Assembly (NCBI RefSeq): GCF_009914755.1
Contig: NC_060936.1
Length of the DNA stretch: 64,000 nt
Direction: 5' to 3' (one strand)
DNA from: the human T2T-CHM13v2.0 reference genome, Homo sapiens
In this document: positions 31,252-49,774 of the stretch, in pieces
Layout of the letters: every line of letters starts with the position of its first letter
Numbering within the stretch: the stretch's first letter is position 1
Notes under the pieces: model-generated
Seen by the model: the letters and a program-made list of their open reading frames with translations, nothing else
Told to the model about the DNA's origin: nothing
Database searches by the model: none
Made by a program: the position numbers and the translations under genes

Positions 31252-31273
31252 CTTAAGTCACCCAAGAGACCAG
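31252..31273 (+). CDS. SUDS3: SUDS3 exon 9, 22-nt microexon (LKSPKRP)
   Basis: tacag| acceptor, G|GTGAGT donor. Confidence 0.95.
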
Positions 31274-32022
31274 GTGAGTGCATGATGTGTTGGCATTTGT
31301 GCAACCTTTTTATCATGTTGTTGGAAAAGGGTGTGAATACCTGTCAGGAAATGGTTGCAATTTTCAAAAATGAAATGTTCATCATTTGCCTAAGAGTAGT
31401 CATCATGAAAACTGAAGGGGACCTTAACTATACCCCTCCCTGATTTCTTTTTTTTTCATAACCCCTGCTTTGTTGTTTTTATTTTTTTCTTAGGATTTAT
31501 CATAAAAGAGACATTTGATTGATTGATTGATTTCCTTCTGTGTAGGCATCAGGCATAAGATTTAAGTACACATCCATTTTTGAAAATGAAACCAGAAGGA
31601 TTTTTAAGTATTACTGGCTTTCTAAAGCCAAGTCCTAGGCAGTTCTGCTCCCGTGGCTTTTCGTGGCCTGACTCTGGTAAGGCATTCCAAGGCTGCTCTG
31701 ACTCGCAGTTCATAGAAGAGACCAACCAGCTCAGTATTCATAGTTGTTCCTTCCGGAACAGCACTTGAGATCATCAGTGCTAGCTGCCAACTAGAATTCT
31801 GAATTGGTGACATCTTTTTTTTGTTTAAAGCACCATGATTACTCGATTACTCGATTACTCACACATCCCTCTACTTACTGAGTCTTGTGGAAGAAAACAA
31901 GTCTTCTTTTTCTAGGTAATATCTTCCTGGGGGCCACTGCGGTCCACAGACATCCTGGCCTTCTGAGGCACGATGGGGAGGGGTGAGGGAGTTGTGTGAG
32001 TGTAAAGTTAGTAGTTCTTTAA

Positions 32023-32325
<303 letters not shown>

Positions 32326-32678
32326 AAAACGATTGCATTTTTAAGAGATTTTCATAATACTTGCCCTTTGATCACCAGGGCTTTAGTCCTACTCTAAGTG
32401 ACCTTATGTATTTGCACATTTGACCTTAATCTTCCTGAAACCCAGGTGTCTCTTCCATTTGAGAGGCTAATCTGCCTTGCCTACTTCCCAGGGTTGCTTT
32501 GATGATCAAGTTTAGATGGAATATACAAGAGTTTTGCTGAAATCCCATGCATTATCACTGTAAGGGCTCAGTGATGATTATTACCACATTCTGATAGTGT
32601 TTCAATTAAAGCATGTTAACTGGTAGACTCGCATGTGTTTGTTACATTCTTAGTCACGTAAGTATTGGTTTCCTCCAG

Positions 32679-32784
32679 CATCTCCATCCTCTCCTGAGCA
32701 CTTGCCTGCAACACCCGCGGAATCTCCAGCCCAGAGGTTCGAAGCTCGGATAGAAGATGGCAAACTGTACTATGACAAAAGATG
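32679..32784 (+). CDS. SUDS3: SUDS3 exon 10 ([36 protein letters not shown])
   Basis: tccag| acceptor, TG|GTATGT donor, 106 nt. Confidence 0.97.
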
Positions 32785-33279
32785 GTATGTTATGGGAAAA
32801 CCTGGACTAGTAAGAGTCTCATATGAACCACTTGGAAAGAGGGCTGGGGCTATTGTAGTTATTTCAGATCACGGCTGCTGCTAAACTTACATAGTACTAA
32901 AAGTAGAAACCCATTAAAAAATGTATTAGCAGTCATTTAATCAATACTTCCGGTGGATCTTTGAAAGCAGCGTTTCCCAAAACCATGTTCTGCTCCCCTT
33001 CCTTCTCCATTCTGGTGTCTCTGTACTAGAATTTGCAGGCTGGTATCTTGTGTGGTACCCCTGCCAACTGGGGCTGGGGTGTATGTCCCCCCTCTGACCC
33101 CTCTTACCTCTGCTCCTGTGTGCTAAGGTTAATAGGTGCTCTTCGGATTAAAGGATTTTGTGGTCAAATCAGTTTGGGGGATGATCATGTTAATTAAGAT
33201 AAGTGGGTTGCTCCCTTGTAGTACCCTTTGGGTCCTGCGATATGCTAATGTACACTGTGAATTTCTAAGATGTTATTAG

Positions 33280-33702
<423 letters not shown>

Positions 33703-34365
33703 TGAAACGTTCAGACCGCCTAGCATTTTTCATTGGAAAGGTAATGGCAAAACAGTATGAAAGAACCTTAAAAGCTCATACTTTTGTTCATTCAACAAAC
33801 ATTTCTTCTGTTCTGTATTACGCTTTCTGCTAGATATGAAATGGATACTGCCATCATTTCTCAGGTCTTTTCATTCTGATATATTTCTTTTTATTCTTTA
33901 TCCATATGCAGGCATAGTCTATTCATTCTAAGGCATAGTGGACATACGGTTTGCTTTGCCTTTCTGTTTGGTTATATTGAGAATGTTTTTCTGGGTTACT
34001 GTAAGGTGTCTCATTATCATTTATAATGGCTATATAATGACCCTTTGAGTTTCAGTATCTAACCAAAAGTTCCAAAATTGGGGTAATGATTATTTATTTT
34101 GAATTCTTAAAAAAACCCAGCATTGTGTTAGGTTGGTTACCCGATAACATTGTACTTGTCAAAAATGCTTAGGGTTCTAGTCATGGCCGAAGTAAATCAT
34201 TTCCACCTATTAAGTTGCAGTGAGTTAATTGCCCAGTAGATGCTGGAGGCTGGCTTTATCTCTAAGGCTGATCTTGATGACTTCTTCCCCTCTGAGTTGG
34301 TGTTCTTTGGCATTCTTCAGAAAGGTCGGTTTGTGTTATATCTTAACATTATGTCTCAGAACACA

Positions 34366-34384
34366 TCGCCACTAGGTGGCAGGC
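34366..34384 (+). promoter_or_regulatory. CTCF motif
   Basis: TCGCCACTAGGTGGCAGGC matches the CCASYAGRKGGCRS core and lies in unique sequence. Confidence 0.7.
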
Positions 34385-36170
34385 TCTAACAGCTTAACAC
34401 TGAGAAGGGCAAAATGAGATGAAAAATGTTTCTAATAATGAAAACCAAATAACCTTTAAAGATCAAGCCCACACATAAGAACCATCTTTGAAAATGATGA
34501 GATTTATCACTAACATTTTTACAAATCTATGAGTCTTAAAGCCATGTGATATTTCCAGTGATGTTCATTTTGTAATTGTGTTGCTTTGAATCTTCCTCTT
34601 TCTAAGCTTAATCCTCAGACTTTACGAGACATGTCTTGAGGGTGAAAATGCAGTAAAATAAAATTCTTGTTTTTTTAAAGAAGAGATCCACAATGTCTGG
34701 TGTTTCCTAATGTAAACAAAATGATCAGATTTGATGTGTTAGAACTCCTAAGCATTTTGAAGGAATTTTCACCATCTTTCTTACATTAACAGCAGAAATT
34801 TAGAAAATAATGTCACTGGATGCATTTTACTTTTTCAGTGAAATTGAAATTGCTTATTCTCTTGTTAAATATACTTTGAGAATGTTGTTTTTTTTCTCTA
34901 TTCTGTATACTTTTCATTTTTGGCCTTGGCAGTCAGAGATCATAATGCAGTTGTTGAAGGTGGGTCTCCCTCTTCCCCAATGACAATTGAAAAGTGTTCC
35001 TGGGAATACTGGCTGAGGTGTTCACTGGTGCAGTGCCAGCCTCTCCCATCTCACCAGGCTCATGTTTGGCTTTTGTATCAGTTTGGAGGTTTTGTTTTTC
35101 TTTCTTTGGCAGACGTGGCCTGTGGCTGAGAGGTCAGCTACATTGCTTTATGCTCTTTCCAGAGGGTATGGAGTATTTTGGTGCAGCCGTATTTTTGGCA
35201 GAAGATGTCTTCCTGAGTTTTAAATGACTTCAGCAAAACAAATGGGATTCAGGCATCGCATCTTGGTGTGAATACTTGCCAAGCTCCCTTTCATTTTGAA
35301 AGATAAGGATCTTCCCTTTGCCTTGGTCTTATACTGCTTTTAAGGCATTCTATATCATGCTATGTAAATTTGCCTCACATTTTGATTTGGACTAATGATC
35401 TCTCAAAAAATACTGTGAAAAAGTAGCTGATATTTGAAAATAACTAATTGATGGTACGGGTGGACTTCTGTTTTTCTCTCCTTGTTTTAAATCTGGGGCT
35501 GCCTGTGAGTCAGAAACGAAGCCACCCACTTGCTCAAGAGCATTTTCCCCTTCAGCCTTCGGTCGACACAAAAGACTTAAAACAGTGAATATTTACCAGT
35601 AGAATTGGGACTCCTTGAGGTTCTGTAGCTATAACGTGGACTCACTTATTGGGGAAATAAAGTGTTAATACCAGGATTCTCAGTAGGATACAAAATTAAA
35701 TTAATTTTCCTACCTCCTCGCCCCACTTTTGTGTCCACCTTCTTAAGAAATTGCTTTTCGAAAATAGTACAGTAGTGGTAATTTCTAGTTTTGTTCGGTT
35801 TAATAGTAGAGGTTCAAAGCTTTAAGAACTTAATTGTAGAGATTCCCAGGTCAGAATTTCCATTAGTTACAAAGTAATAGAGTCAGTTTGACATTTGGGG
35901 CTTAGTCTTTGAGGCTATTTAAATATCTTTTTTCAGCAGCTGAGTTGCAGCTTGTAAAACAGGTTAATTGGCCTAAAAAAAAAACGCACATTTTTACTAC
36001 CCTGTTGATGTTGCTTCGTAGCACATTTTATATCTAAACATATTTTTAAATTTCTTCCCCCCCCTTTGATTTTTCTTTAGAAATTAAAAAGTAAATTCTT
36101 ATGTTAAGGTTGTCACATACTTCTTGGTTTCATCTTTAACCGCCCCCGCCCCCCCATATGAACACTTCAT

Positions 36171-40163
<3,993 letters not shown>

Positions 40164-40339
40164 TCAGGATGGAAGCCTTTAAATTAAGCTAAATGGGAAA
40201 TCCAGGCTATTCCTCAAATGTGAATTATTAAGACTTCTTTAATTATAATTTTTGTTGTGATGGTGTTTTTGTTTTGTTTGGTTTTTACTTCCTGTCTCTG
40301 TCCCTCCCTTTTTAAAAATGTGTGCCTTGTTTTTGTCAG

Positions 40340-40424
40340 GTACCACAAGAGCCAGGCCATCTATCTGGAGTCAAAGGACAACCAGAAACTGAGCTGCGTG
40401 ATCAGTTCTGTAGGAGCCAATGAG
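40340..40424 (+). CDS. SUDS3: SUDS3 exon 11 ([28 protein letters not shown])
   Basis: gtcag| acceptor, GAG|GTGGGA donor, 85 nt. Confidence 0.96.
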
Positions 40425-40757
40425 GTGGGAACCACACTCCCTCACCTTTAGGGAAGCAAAATGTGTACTGCGAAGTGTTGGTAGGGCAAACCTGAAATGA
40501 AAGTGCCACCAAGGAAGTACAGTGGAGTACTGTCTTCTATGTGGGTTAGATTCTAAAGTCAGGCAGAAATTGCACATTGTCAAAATCATCCTTGAAAAGT
40601 CCTTACATTCGCTTGACTACAACATATGCGGATTTGTCTATTCCATGGGGTATTTGTGAACTCCCGGTACAGCTACTGATTTGGGAACCACGGAGCTAGA
40701 TTCCAGGAAAGAACAAAAAGCAAGTCTGTGTGGTGTCTGTACATTCAACTCCTGCTT

Positions 40758-41067
40758 CTTTTTTTTTATTTTTATTTTTTTTGAGACAGAGTCTCACTCT
40801 GTTGCCCAGGCTGGAGTACAGTTGTGCTATCTTGGCTCACTGCAACTTCCACCTCCCAGGTTCAAGTGATTCTCCTGCCTCAGCCTCCTGAGTAGCTGGG
40901 ATTACAGGCACCCACCACCACGCCCGGCTAATTTTTGTATTTTTTTTTAAGTAGAGATGGGGTTTCACCACGTTGGTCAGGCTGGTCTTGAACTCCTGAC
41001 CCCGTGGTCTACCCAGCTCGGCCTCCCAAAGTGCTGGGATTACAGGCGTGAGCCACCACACCTGGCC
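40758..41067 (-). mobile_element. Alu
   Basis: TSD AACTCCTGCTTCTTTTT. Confidence 0.92.
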
Positions 41068-43601
41068 AACTCCTGCTTCTTTTTAAGGTAACCATCTACT
41101 GAGAATGGAGCTTGACTGTGGAGCATACTCCATCTTGGTTTTGTTTCTCTAGAACTTTCACACATACCAGTAGATTTGTTTCTTGCTGTGAGGATTGAAT
41201 GAGGCACCTGGCACAGGGTCTAGCACCCAGTAAGTGCTCACTAAGTGAGTGCTGGCCTGAAACGACCCACACGCCACTTGCCTGCCGTCTTTCCTAGCTG
41301 AGATGTCCTATTGTGCTTCAAAACAAGTTGCCAGGGTTATGCCCTTGGTTTTTGGTCTCCTCGAGACACTCCTTTAGGATGGATGGGGTCTGGTTTTAAA
41401 GTCAGCTCAGAGGGTTATACCTGAGGATGATATGACTGCCCTCTGAGTTCTCCAAGTGGTCTTTCATGAGGAGTATATAAGCAATGTGTAACTTATGTTG
41501 TTAGTTAAAGTTAAAAACTTTAATAGCTGGATTGGCTTGATCTTTTATCAGTCCACAAATGTCTGCAAAGAAATTGATTTCTATGTGTCTGCCCTCTGTA
41601 ACTTATTCGTGCCAGTGCACAGTAAATGTAATGAAACTGGATTATGAAGTAACTTAAGCCTCTTCTATTCTTCCAGCTTCCTGAATTGAAAATGCCCTGA
41701 AATGTGACTAGTTTGCAAAATGATTGTTTACTTAGAAGTTAGGGAGAGCCTTCTAGATAAATGAATGCCATTCTTCTCTGGGCTGAGGATCCGTGTGAGT
41801 CCCCTCAAGCCAAGTCAGAACCAGAACAGGGAAGCTAATAGAGAGACCTGGTCCTCAGCCAAGAGGTGTCACGATTTCATGGTAATCATTTGCACCTGGC
41901 TGTCTGGGTTGTTCCACAAGCACATGTGGCCTTCTAGTACCTGACCCTAACTTCAGAACCAGTGCATTATTCTCCTCTATGATACCTCAAGATTTTTCAG
42001 AAAAATATAAATGCAAGTTAGATTGTTTTTCCCCTCTCTCTGCCGAATATTGTCGCGTCTTGACATAATAGAGTGTCAGTGAGATCTGACAAATGGTGAC
42101 ACTGAAACACGTCTTCTGGAGGGGAGAAGCTTCAGTGCACTGAAGACATGCAACTCTGGCAATGGGGAAACCGTTCTCATTTCTTGAAAGTGTTCCAGCT
42201 CATTTTTCAGATCAAATTCTAGGTGACACTGGAGCTACTTGGCTTTAGCATAGCTTGACTCCAAGCAGGTTTGGTGGGTAGCTCTGAGTGTGTGGATGAC
42301 TCCCTGACTTAGCTTTTCTTGGGATCAGTTTTTCATTTAAAATGATTCTGCAAGGTCCCTTGGAGGCTTAGCTTCATGTGAGGTCTTTAACTTTTTAAAT
42401 TTTTAAGCCAGTGTATTTGACTTTAAAGCAGTAGAGATACTGCTGAATAATCACATTAAAGAAATTGAGATGAAACAGAATAAGCTTTTTTAAAACCTGA
42501 AAACTGAGTCCAGGAAGGAGGAGATAAATCTGTAAACTTGTATATTTGGGTGAGATGCAGACCTTTCAAAAAACTGTGCTTTTGGCTCTATTTAATTGCA
42601 TGTTACAGAAAAACAGGCAAGAAGAAGCCAGAGACTGCTTTAGTAGAGAAGAGCCAGGGGCTTTGATGTCAGACACCAGAATTCACGTCGTGATAAGTGA
42701 CTCAGCCTTGCTGAGCTTTGGTTTCCTCTTCTTTAAAATGGGGCCAATGATAGTAGTTATTTCATAGGGTTGTCTTGCGGGTGAAAAAGCTCAGCCTGAT
42801 CAGCATGGTGTCTGGCACACAGAGCTCAGTAACCCTGGCTCAGGGGGTCAGGTGACTGGCAGCAGCTCCCCTTCTCACCCATGGCTTTAGGATGCCCCTT
42901 ATTGAGTGCACTTTGTCAGCCCTGGCAGTCCCCTGTTGCAAGAGTTCATTCTCAATTCAATGGAAGAATGCATCTGCCCTGTAAAATGCACTGTAATCTA
43001 ATACTGTCTGTGAGAGGGGGATATGGTGAGGAGGGAAGGACTCTCGGAAGTGCTTCAACCTTCTCATGATCCTAATTGGGCCTTAGCTCATTAGTGGGCA
43101 TTTTTCTATTGTTGATATTTTTTCCCTGTTTTTCTGCACAACCATTAGCCTTCATTGCCAGGAAACCAAAGTATTGAAAGTTTGTATAATATGGAAGTCC
43201 CTTGGAGCAAGGAAAATACTTCCAAATTTGAAAGTTTGTGTTTATGAATAGATGTCTCTTGAGTGTTGATAACACAGTAATCAAACCAAATTTAAAAGCA
43301 TCTTTAAGATCAAGGCAGAAATGGAACCCAAGATTGCTGTGCTTTCCATTTTCGTAATCACAGGTGTGAGAGAGATGGCTGAGAAACGAGTTCAAGGCTG
43401 ATGCCTGTTCCCAGCGGCATGCCTTTAGATGGCCCGAGGTCAGGGGTGCTTATGAAGCCCTCACAAGTTGAGACAGTTTATTCCAGCAAGAGGCTACCAG
43501 CCTTCTGCTTGCATCTCACTCGTGCAGATATTTTGATGGTGTAGGAGATTTGCTCTTCTGTATTTAACTTTTCATCTTGTTCCCTTTCCTCTCCCCTGCA
43601 G

Positions 43602-43700
43602 ATCTGGGTGAGGAAGACAAGTGACAGCACCAAGATGAGGATCTACCTGGGCCAGCTTCAGCGCGGGCTCTTCGTGATCCGCCGGCGCTCAGCTGCTTGA
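43602..43700 (+). CDS. SUDS3: SUDS3 exon 12 CDS ([32 protein letters not shown])
   Basis: tgcag| acceptor; TGA at 43698-43700; total CDS 987 nt. Confidence 0.97.
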   Translation: MWVRKTSDSTKMRIYLGQLQRGLFVIRRRSAA

Positions 43701-46700
43701 CTTTCTACAGTGCTCTTCTCTTGACCCTTTTTCTGGAGTGGGTTTTATTTTTGTTTTGTTTCGTTTTCTCCTTAATAGAAAAATGTTAACTTACTGGGAA
43801 TAGCTACTCAGCCTTGGAAATGGAGAGCACTGCAGTGAATTCTTTAGGGCACTTTTGTGGCCGGATGCTTCCAACTTTGTCAGTCTTTTCTGCCTCAACT
43901 TCTTCCAGACATCAGTCACCATGAGACTGTTTTACTTTCAGGCGTATTGGGGGGTTTGATTTACTTTCCTTTTATTTCTTTATTTTTTGCTTATACTTGT
44001 TTTTGAAAACCTCCTCTGAGTTTGAAGGGACAGCTATTTTTATTGATTATCTTTAAGTCTCTCTACCATGGAGAAGAGCAGGAAGGGATACACTCTCCAG
44101 TGCATTTTCATGTTTTGAATCTGATTAGTGGATCACGTAGCTACTTTCCCTGTCGCGTCCAATTCACTATTTGCCCAGAAGCTTGGGGCAGAGGTCCTAG
44201 CAGGAGATGATGAATTCTCGTGGCTCTCGGCCTTCTCAGAGAAATAAATGCTTTGTGTAACATCTGTGCACACCATCCATTCCGCTCGCTGAGCGATGGA
44301 AAAGCTTGCCTGGAAGACTATGTGCACTGAAGTAAATGGGGTTGGGGGAGGGGACATTTCATATTTATAATGTGCTGAAGGTACCATATTTTAAATGTTA
44401 TTTAATGCAGGTGATTTATTCAAACATTTGTTCTAGCTTAAGCTGGAATAAGCAGTGGTCATTTCAGAAGTTTTCATTTGTAATTCCTTCCTCTCCCTTG
44501 TTCCCAAGTAGGTAGTAGTAAGTATGTGCCACAGGCTGATTATCTGGGTAATCTTTTACGGGTGGGAGGTGAGATTGATAGTGCAATAATCAGTGATCTA
44601 TAGACCCTCATGCACGATTCAAGTTTCACTCTTGTGGCTGATGCCATTATTGCACATTGGCCATTCCAAACCTGTGGAGAACTTTGTTGTCAGGCCCTGA
44701 GCGCTCACAGCTTCATTTGGCCCAGGTTGAAGACAAGGAAAGCTCTGCTGTGGCTGCCTCTGGACTGACACCCTCCCTAATGAGTCCTGATGAAACAGCC
44801 TTTCCTACATCCTTCCCTCACTCCCATGATTGGAGAAATGATTCATTGGGTGATGAGTGTTGGGGTTTTCTATACTCATGTTGCCATCTTGAGATGTTCA
44901 AAAAATTTGGGGTTAGAGCAACTGTTAGCGTCTCTATGAGCAATCAGTAGAACTTACACATCCTAGGAAATCTTTCTTTGTAAGTAATTCTTTTGGTCTC
45001 AAGTGATTCTCTTCATGTTGTCTCTTGATGTACATACCCCCAAGCAAGTTGGGGGGACTGTGATGACAATTAAATCACCTTCTCTGAAGTTCTGGCTCTG
45101 CAGAGACCAAACCTTACTGACTTGTACAGACTTGTACAAGTAAAGACTTATACAGATAGATTTTTGTTTTAACTTACAATCCGTTTTTTCCTCTTTTTTT
45201 TTTTTTTTTCTGGTGTTGGAGTCTTATTTAGAAAACAGGATAAATGACGCTGTTATCAAAAGTTGCCTGGGGTTCTGTATTTCTTCTCTGCCCTCCAATC
45301 CCCGACTGCTATGATGTTTACTACAGTGAACCCAGCCCATGGTAAACACAGGCTTCACCTGTTCTTGTTTGTTAGCCTTGACTGTGAGGCAGGACTTCCC
45401 TCGCTTGAACTGTTACACATACGATGTGTGTGTCACATCACATATTGTGCAGCTGTTGGTTTTCATGTAGTGCCCTGCGATGGAAATTAGATATATTTCA
45501 TGTATTTTTCCATTGAAGGTGGAGTTTTTCAATGATCATGTGTTTTGTCCTCCTAAACAGTATACCAAAGTTTGTTTTTATAGTTGAGGATTGTATTGAT
45601 AACCACTGGGGTTCCGCATTGAAGCAGGAACAAATTGCCTCTTTTTCTGGCCTTCTCTGTGGGACCTCTGCTTTTGTGAAGCAACTATTTATTTGAAGAC
45701 CAGGGTATGGGCACTTTTGCCTTCTCTCCTCTCTGACTTTTGAGGGTATTGAGGGCGCCCTTAGTCATAGTCTCGACTCCGCCATTGCCTTCTCCTCGGC
45801 GTCCTCACAACTCTTAATTGGGCCTAGTGAAAATGGGGGCAGGTGAGAAGTCCATTTTGAGAATCAGCATAGTAAATTACATTTCTAATCCCAGAGGACT
45901 TAATATTTTCTTTTGTCACCCCAGAGGTGAAAAATCAGCAGTTGAAGCCTGACAGGCCTCAGTGGTGACCAGGAACAGAAGCAGCCTTCCTGTTAGTAGA
46001 TGGGGGTACTTCTGTGGTGGGCAGAAGCCTTACTAAAGGGGAAGACAGACTTTGAAGTTTCTAGACGAGAAGGAGGCTAGCTTCTAGCCTGGGTGGCCAT
46101 TATTCCAAAAGGTCATTGTTTCTCACTAGACCCCAGGGCACCAGATGAATTTCCAAGTTTAAACTCTTTCCTGCAGGTGATTACTTTGAAAAAGGTTGGT
46201 CCAGACCATTTTGATCAAGAACCTGTATATGTGTTGTGTTAGAGGCATCTGCCTCAAGTCTATGTACAGTGTTTGCTGCGGGTGTGTTCCAATATTCATT
46301 TTACCTCTGCTTGGGGGTTTTGTGTGTTCCCCTCCCCCCATGCCCTGCCTACCCCCTTTTCCCTGAACCACGTCCTTTTGAATAATTTCCAGATGGATTT
46401 CTGTAGCCATACCAAAGCCAGGGTGTTTTCATTCATGCGGATACTAGTATTTATAGATGTCTGACTACCTAACTTAATTTTTGTTTTTGAACTTCTAATT
46501 GGGGCCAGTGTAAGGTCGATCCCAGAGGCTGATCTGCAAATCAAGCTACATGTATTTGTGTATAAGACCCTGTGTTCAGGACTGGGTGACTTTTCTAAGA
46601 AATATGGGGTTTAGAATGGGGTTGACTGTATTTTTTAACCTAATTCTGGAGAGAAGATTGTATTTTTTACAGTTTTTTGGGTTTGGCTTCCTTCTCACAT

Positions 46701-47305
46701 TTCTTTAGCTTTGAATTTTTACTAAATAAATTTCCTCCTGATTAATTTTTTTTTTCTCATCTGGGAATTTGAAATCTCGGTGCTTACTGTTACACCAATT
46801 TGTCCAAAGAGTTGAAATCACTTTAATGCCAGAACATGGTAAATTTGCAGCCATTTCAAGCAGGTGATGGTCTTTTTTTATAACATCGTTAACGGGTACC
46901 ATTAAATATTCTGAGAGGTGAATGTAAAATATAAAAGGTATAGGTTTTTTTTTTTTTTTAAAGAAAACAATAAACTTTCAAAGAGAAAACCAGCATGAAG
47001 TCTGTATTGTATCCATTGACTTGATAAGTGATAGAAATTTATTTTAGGTTTTTGATCCATTGCTTATGGGGAAAGGAAGTTAGGGCAGAGGAAGGGATAT
47101 TCTAGACATTTAATTCTTAGTGAAGACTAAGATACAGAATGATGTCAGGCTAATACTCAGTTTTGTAAAGAGCAATCTGGGGTGTTGACCCTTAAATGTT
47201 TGTGCACTCTTCTTGTTGCAGATAAAAGTCATTAAAAATCAAGTGAATAGAATGGATCTTGGGTGGAAAAACAATCTTGAAATAAACTTGTGATTGAGGA
47301 TATTG
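43701..47305 (+). other. SUDS3: SUDS3 3'UTR (end approximate)
   Basis: U-rich stretch with no Alus. AATAAA at 44243, 46725, 46969 and 47281. Confidence 0.75.
46969..47286 (+). terminator. SUDS3: Distal polyadenylation signals (AATAAA 46969-46974 and 47281-47286)
   Basis: Canonical hexamers with upstream UGUA/U-rich elements and downstream GU/U-rich sequence. Confidence 0.7.
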
Positions 47306-49774
47306 TTCATTTGGTGCATGATTAAGGAGGATATTGTTCCTGGCTTTTGAGATAGTGCCTACCAATCTTAACCAAACAGTGATGGTATTTGTACTGCTCC
47401 CGGGGTCAGCCAACAAGCCTGCGTGCTGCCACAGGTGACCGACCTGTGACCCAGTTATGGCACCCCTTTGGGAAAGACTGCTTTATGCTTTAGATGATGG
47501 AGAGGGGTGGTTTCTGTTTTTAAAATGTTTGAATTAGACAGAAATGTGCACAAGTTTTAATTGTAGAAGTTGTTGAAATCTCTCAAAGTGAATTCATCCA
47601 TGTAACTATTATAGCATCCAGATCAAGAAATAACATTCCCAGAACCCACAAGCCCCTTAGACTTTCAGCTACTCCTCCCAACTAGTTTTCTCTATTTTAA
47701 GTACCTTAACCTTCAAGCTCTTGAGCTGCTTCCTTCCATGGTTGTTCTAGAAGAGCCAGGTACCTGGTATAGGCTAGGGATTGACCAGGAATGCAAAGAG
47801 CTAGCAGCAAAGGATATGACTAATTGGGGAGGGGAAAAACAGATTCAGGTCAACCTGCTCACCCTCCCCATTGTTCCCAAGGCAAGTGGGGCTTGCCCTT
47901 GATGTCATAGTCTGCCTTTTCCTGAGTACTTTGTATATATGCCAGGCACTGTACTAAACCCCTCATGGGAGGCACTTTCTCACTAATCTTCACAATCTCT
48001 GAAAGAGTACTAACTCCCAAATTTAAGGCTGGCTCAGTCTAAGCCTTGACTTAATTCTAGAAACCCAGAGCTCAGCACTGTGCCTCATACGTAAATACTC
48101 TGTAAATGTTAGCAAATGATATTAGGGTATGATGTGCCAAGGCAAACTGGTGAGTAATAGTGCATGTTCTGGGTGCTGGCCCCTTCCCTTGTGTTACCTC
48201 ATTTAAGCCTCATAATAAATTAAGGAGAGTACACTGCTGCTGTCACCAGTATTCAATTATTATTTTGGTCACCCATGAAGCAAGCATCTCACCAGTTTTT
48301 AAAGAAGGAAACAGACTCCTTGAATTAGAGGAGGTGATTCTCCAAGGTCACACAGTACATAACAGTCTGGATTTAAAGTTTCCAAGCCAGGTTTCCCCTA
48401 ACCACTACACTTTGCAGTCCTTCCCCATGTTAATCTGTTAAAATTACGTTCAACATTTCTGCCTTTCTTCAGGATTTCCCTGGGAGGTTTTGTTTGTTTG
48501 TTAAAATACATAAGCTGCTTTCACCTCCTATACACACATGCTCCCAGAGCAAAATGCTAGAAGTACAAACACTATTATTTGCAGGACCCTTTCCCCTGCC
48601 TGATAACTCTGGGTTTCTCTCTTGGCAATATAGTTGAGAGCCATGGTGACCAGCCAAGAGCTTGCTTTCTGTTGATCCTGCATGAGTATAACCATCCTAA
48701 AAAGGAATGGAAACAGCTCATTGGTCGTGATGAGAACTGCTTTATCCAATAAGCTACAAGAGAGCCTTTGGGCAAAAACATGTATCGGTATTTTTTCAGA
48801 TCACTTCCTCCCTCCCTGCCTTATCATCTATGGAGTTGGAGCCATTGAATTGGTTTCTAAAAATGTCGGTATGGAGTTGGGCCTTCAGCATCTTGATGCT
48901 CTGATGTCACTGGACCTTTCCATGGCATGCCCTCCTGTAGAGGCACTGTAATGGAAGAATAAATACCTTAGCTCCATGTCACCTGCCCCGAAACTGCTCA
49001 GTTCTAATTGGCGACCTGCTTATCAACCAAACCAGGAGTGTGCAGTCTTTGGGCAGAGGCAGGAGTAGAACCAATTTCTGGCCTCTTGCACTATCATTTG
49101 AGGAACTCTAAGCCCCATCCTTGGGAAGGCTAAGCACTTTTCCTGCTTTTAAAAAGCACCAGATGGAATGAACTAGAAACATCATTTCACTCCCTTTGAA
49201 CATAATATGGTGAGGAATACATTTGCTTTAGGAACTTTGGTGTTTACCAGAATAGATGTTTTTGTGAATAACTGATTATTAAGACAAAAAAGTAGATTTA
49301 GGAGGATCCTTAGAGGAGAGAGGTAGATAAGAGACAGCATAGGTACCGAGATGCTTAATCCCTTTGCTCATTTTCTCTAATCTGTGTTTACTCGATTCCC
49401 TGAAAGATACAGATCTATAAAATATTCACTTTACTGATACGAGAAGACCAATAACCCGAATCTTAAAGATTCATATTTTTCAGAAGTCGGAGACTTAGCG
49501 GTGTGTTGTGTTTTTCCGTAGGCTGATGCTCAGATCTGTTGGCATCACCTCTCTCTGCCAGTGGTGTGGACAGGCAGGGGGTACAGTAGGTGGCATTCCC
49601 AGAGCCAGTCAGGAAAACAATGCCCCAGGTCCTGGGAGTCAGCAACACCGGTACGGAGCAAGCAGATACTCAACGCAGGAGTACAGTACAGGTTAGCAAG
49701 CCCCTGCAGGTAACCAGGAACCCCCTTTATTTCACCACCAATTATTTTCATAAGTGTTTGAGTGTTTACTGAGA

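Noticed and set aside
48469-48951. Cluster of short ORFs downstream of SUDS3 as a pseudogene
   Set aside because: No recognisable homology, no poly(A) tail or TSD, and no coherent exon structure.
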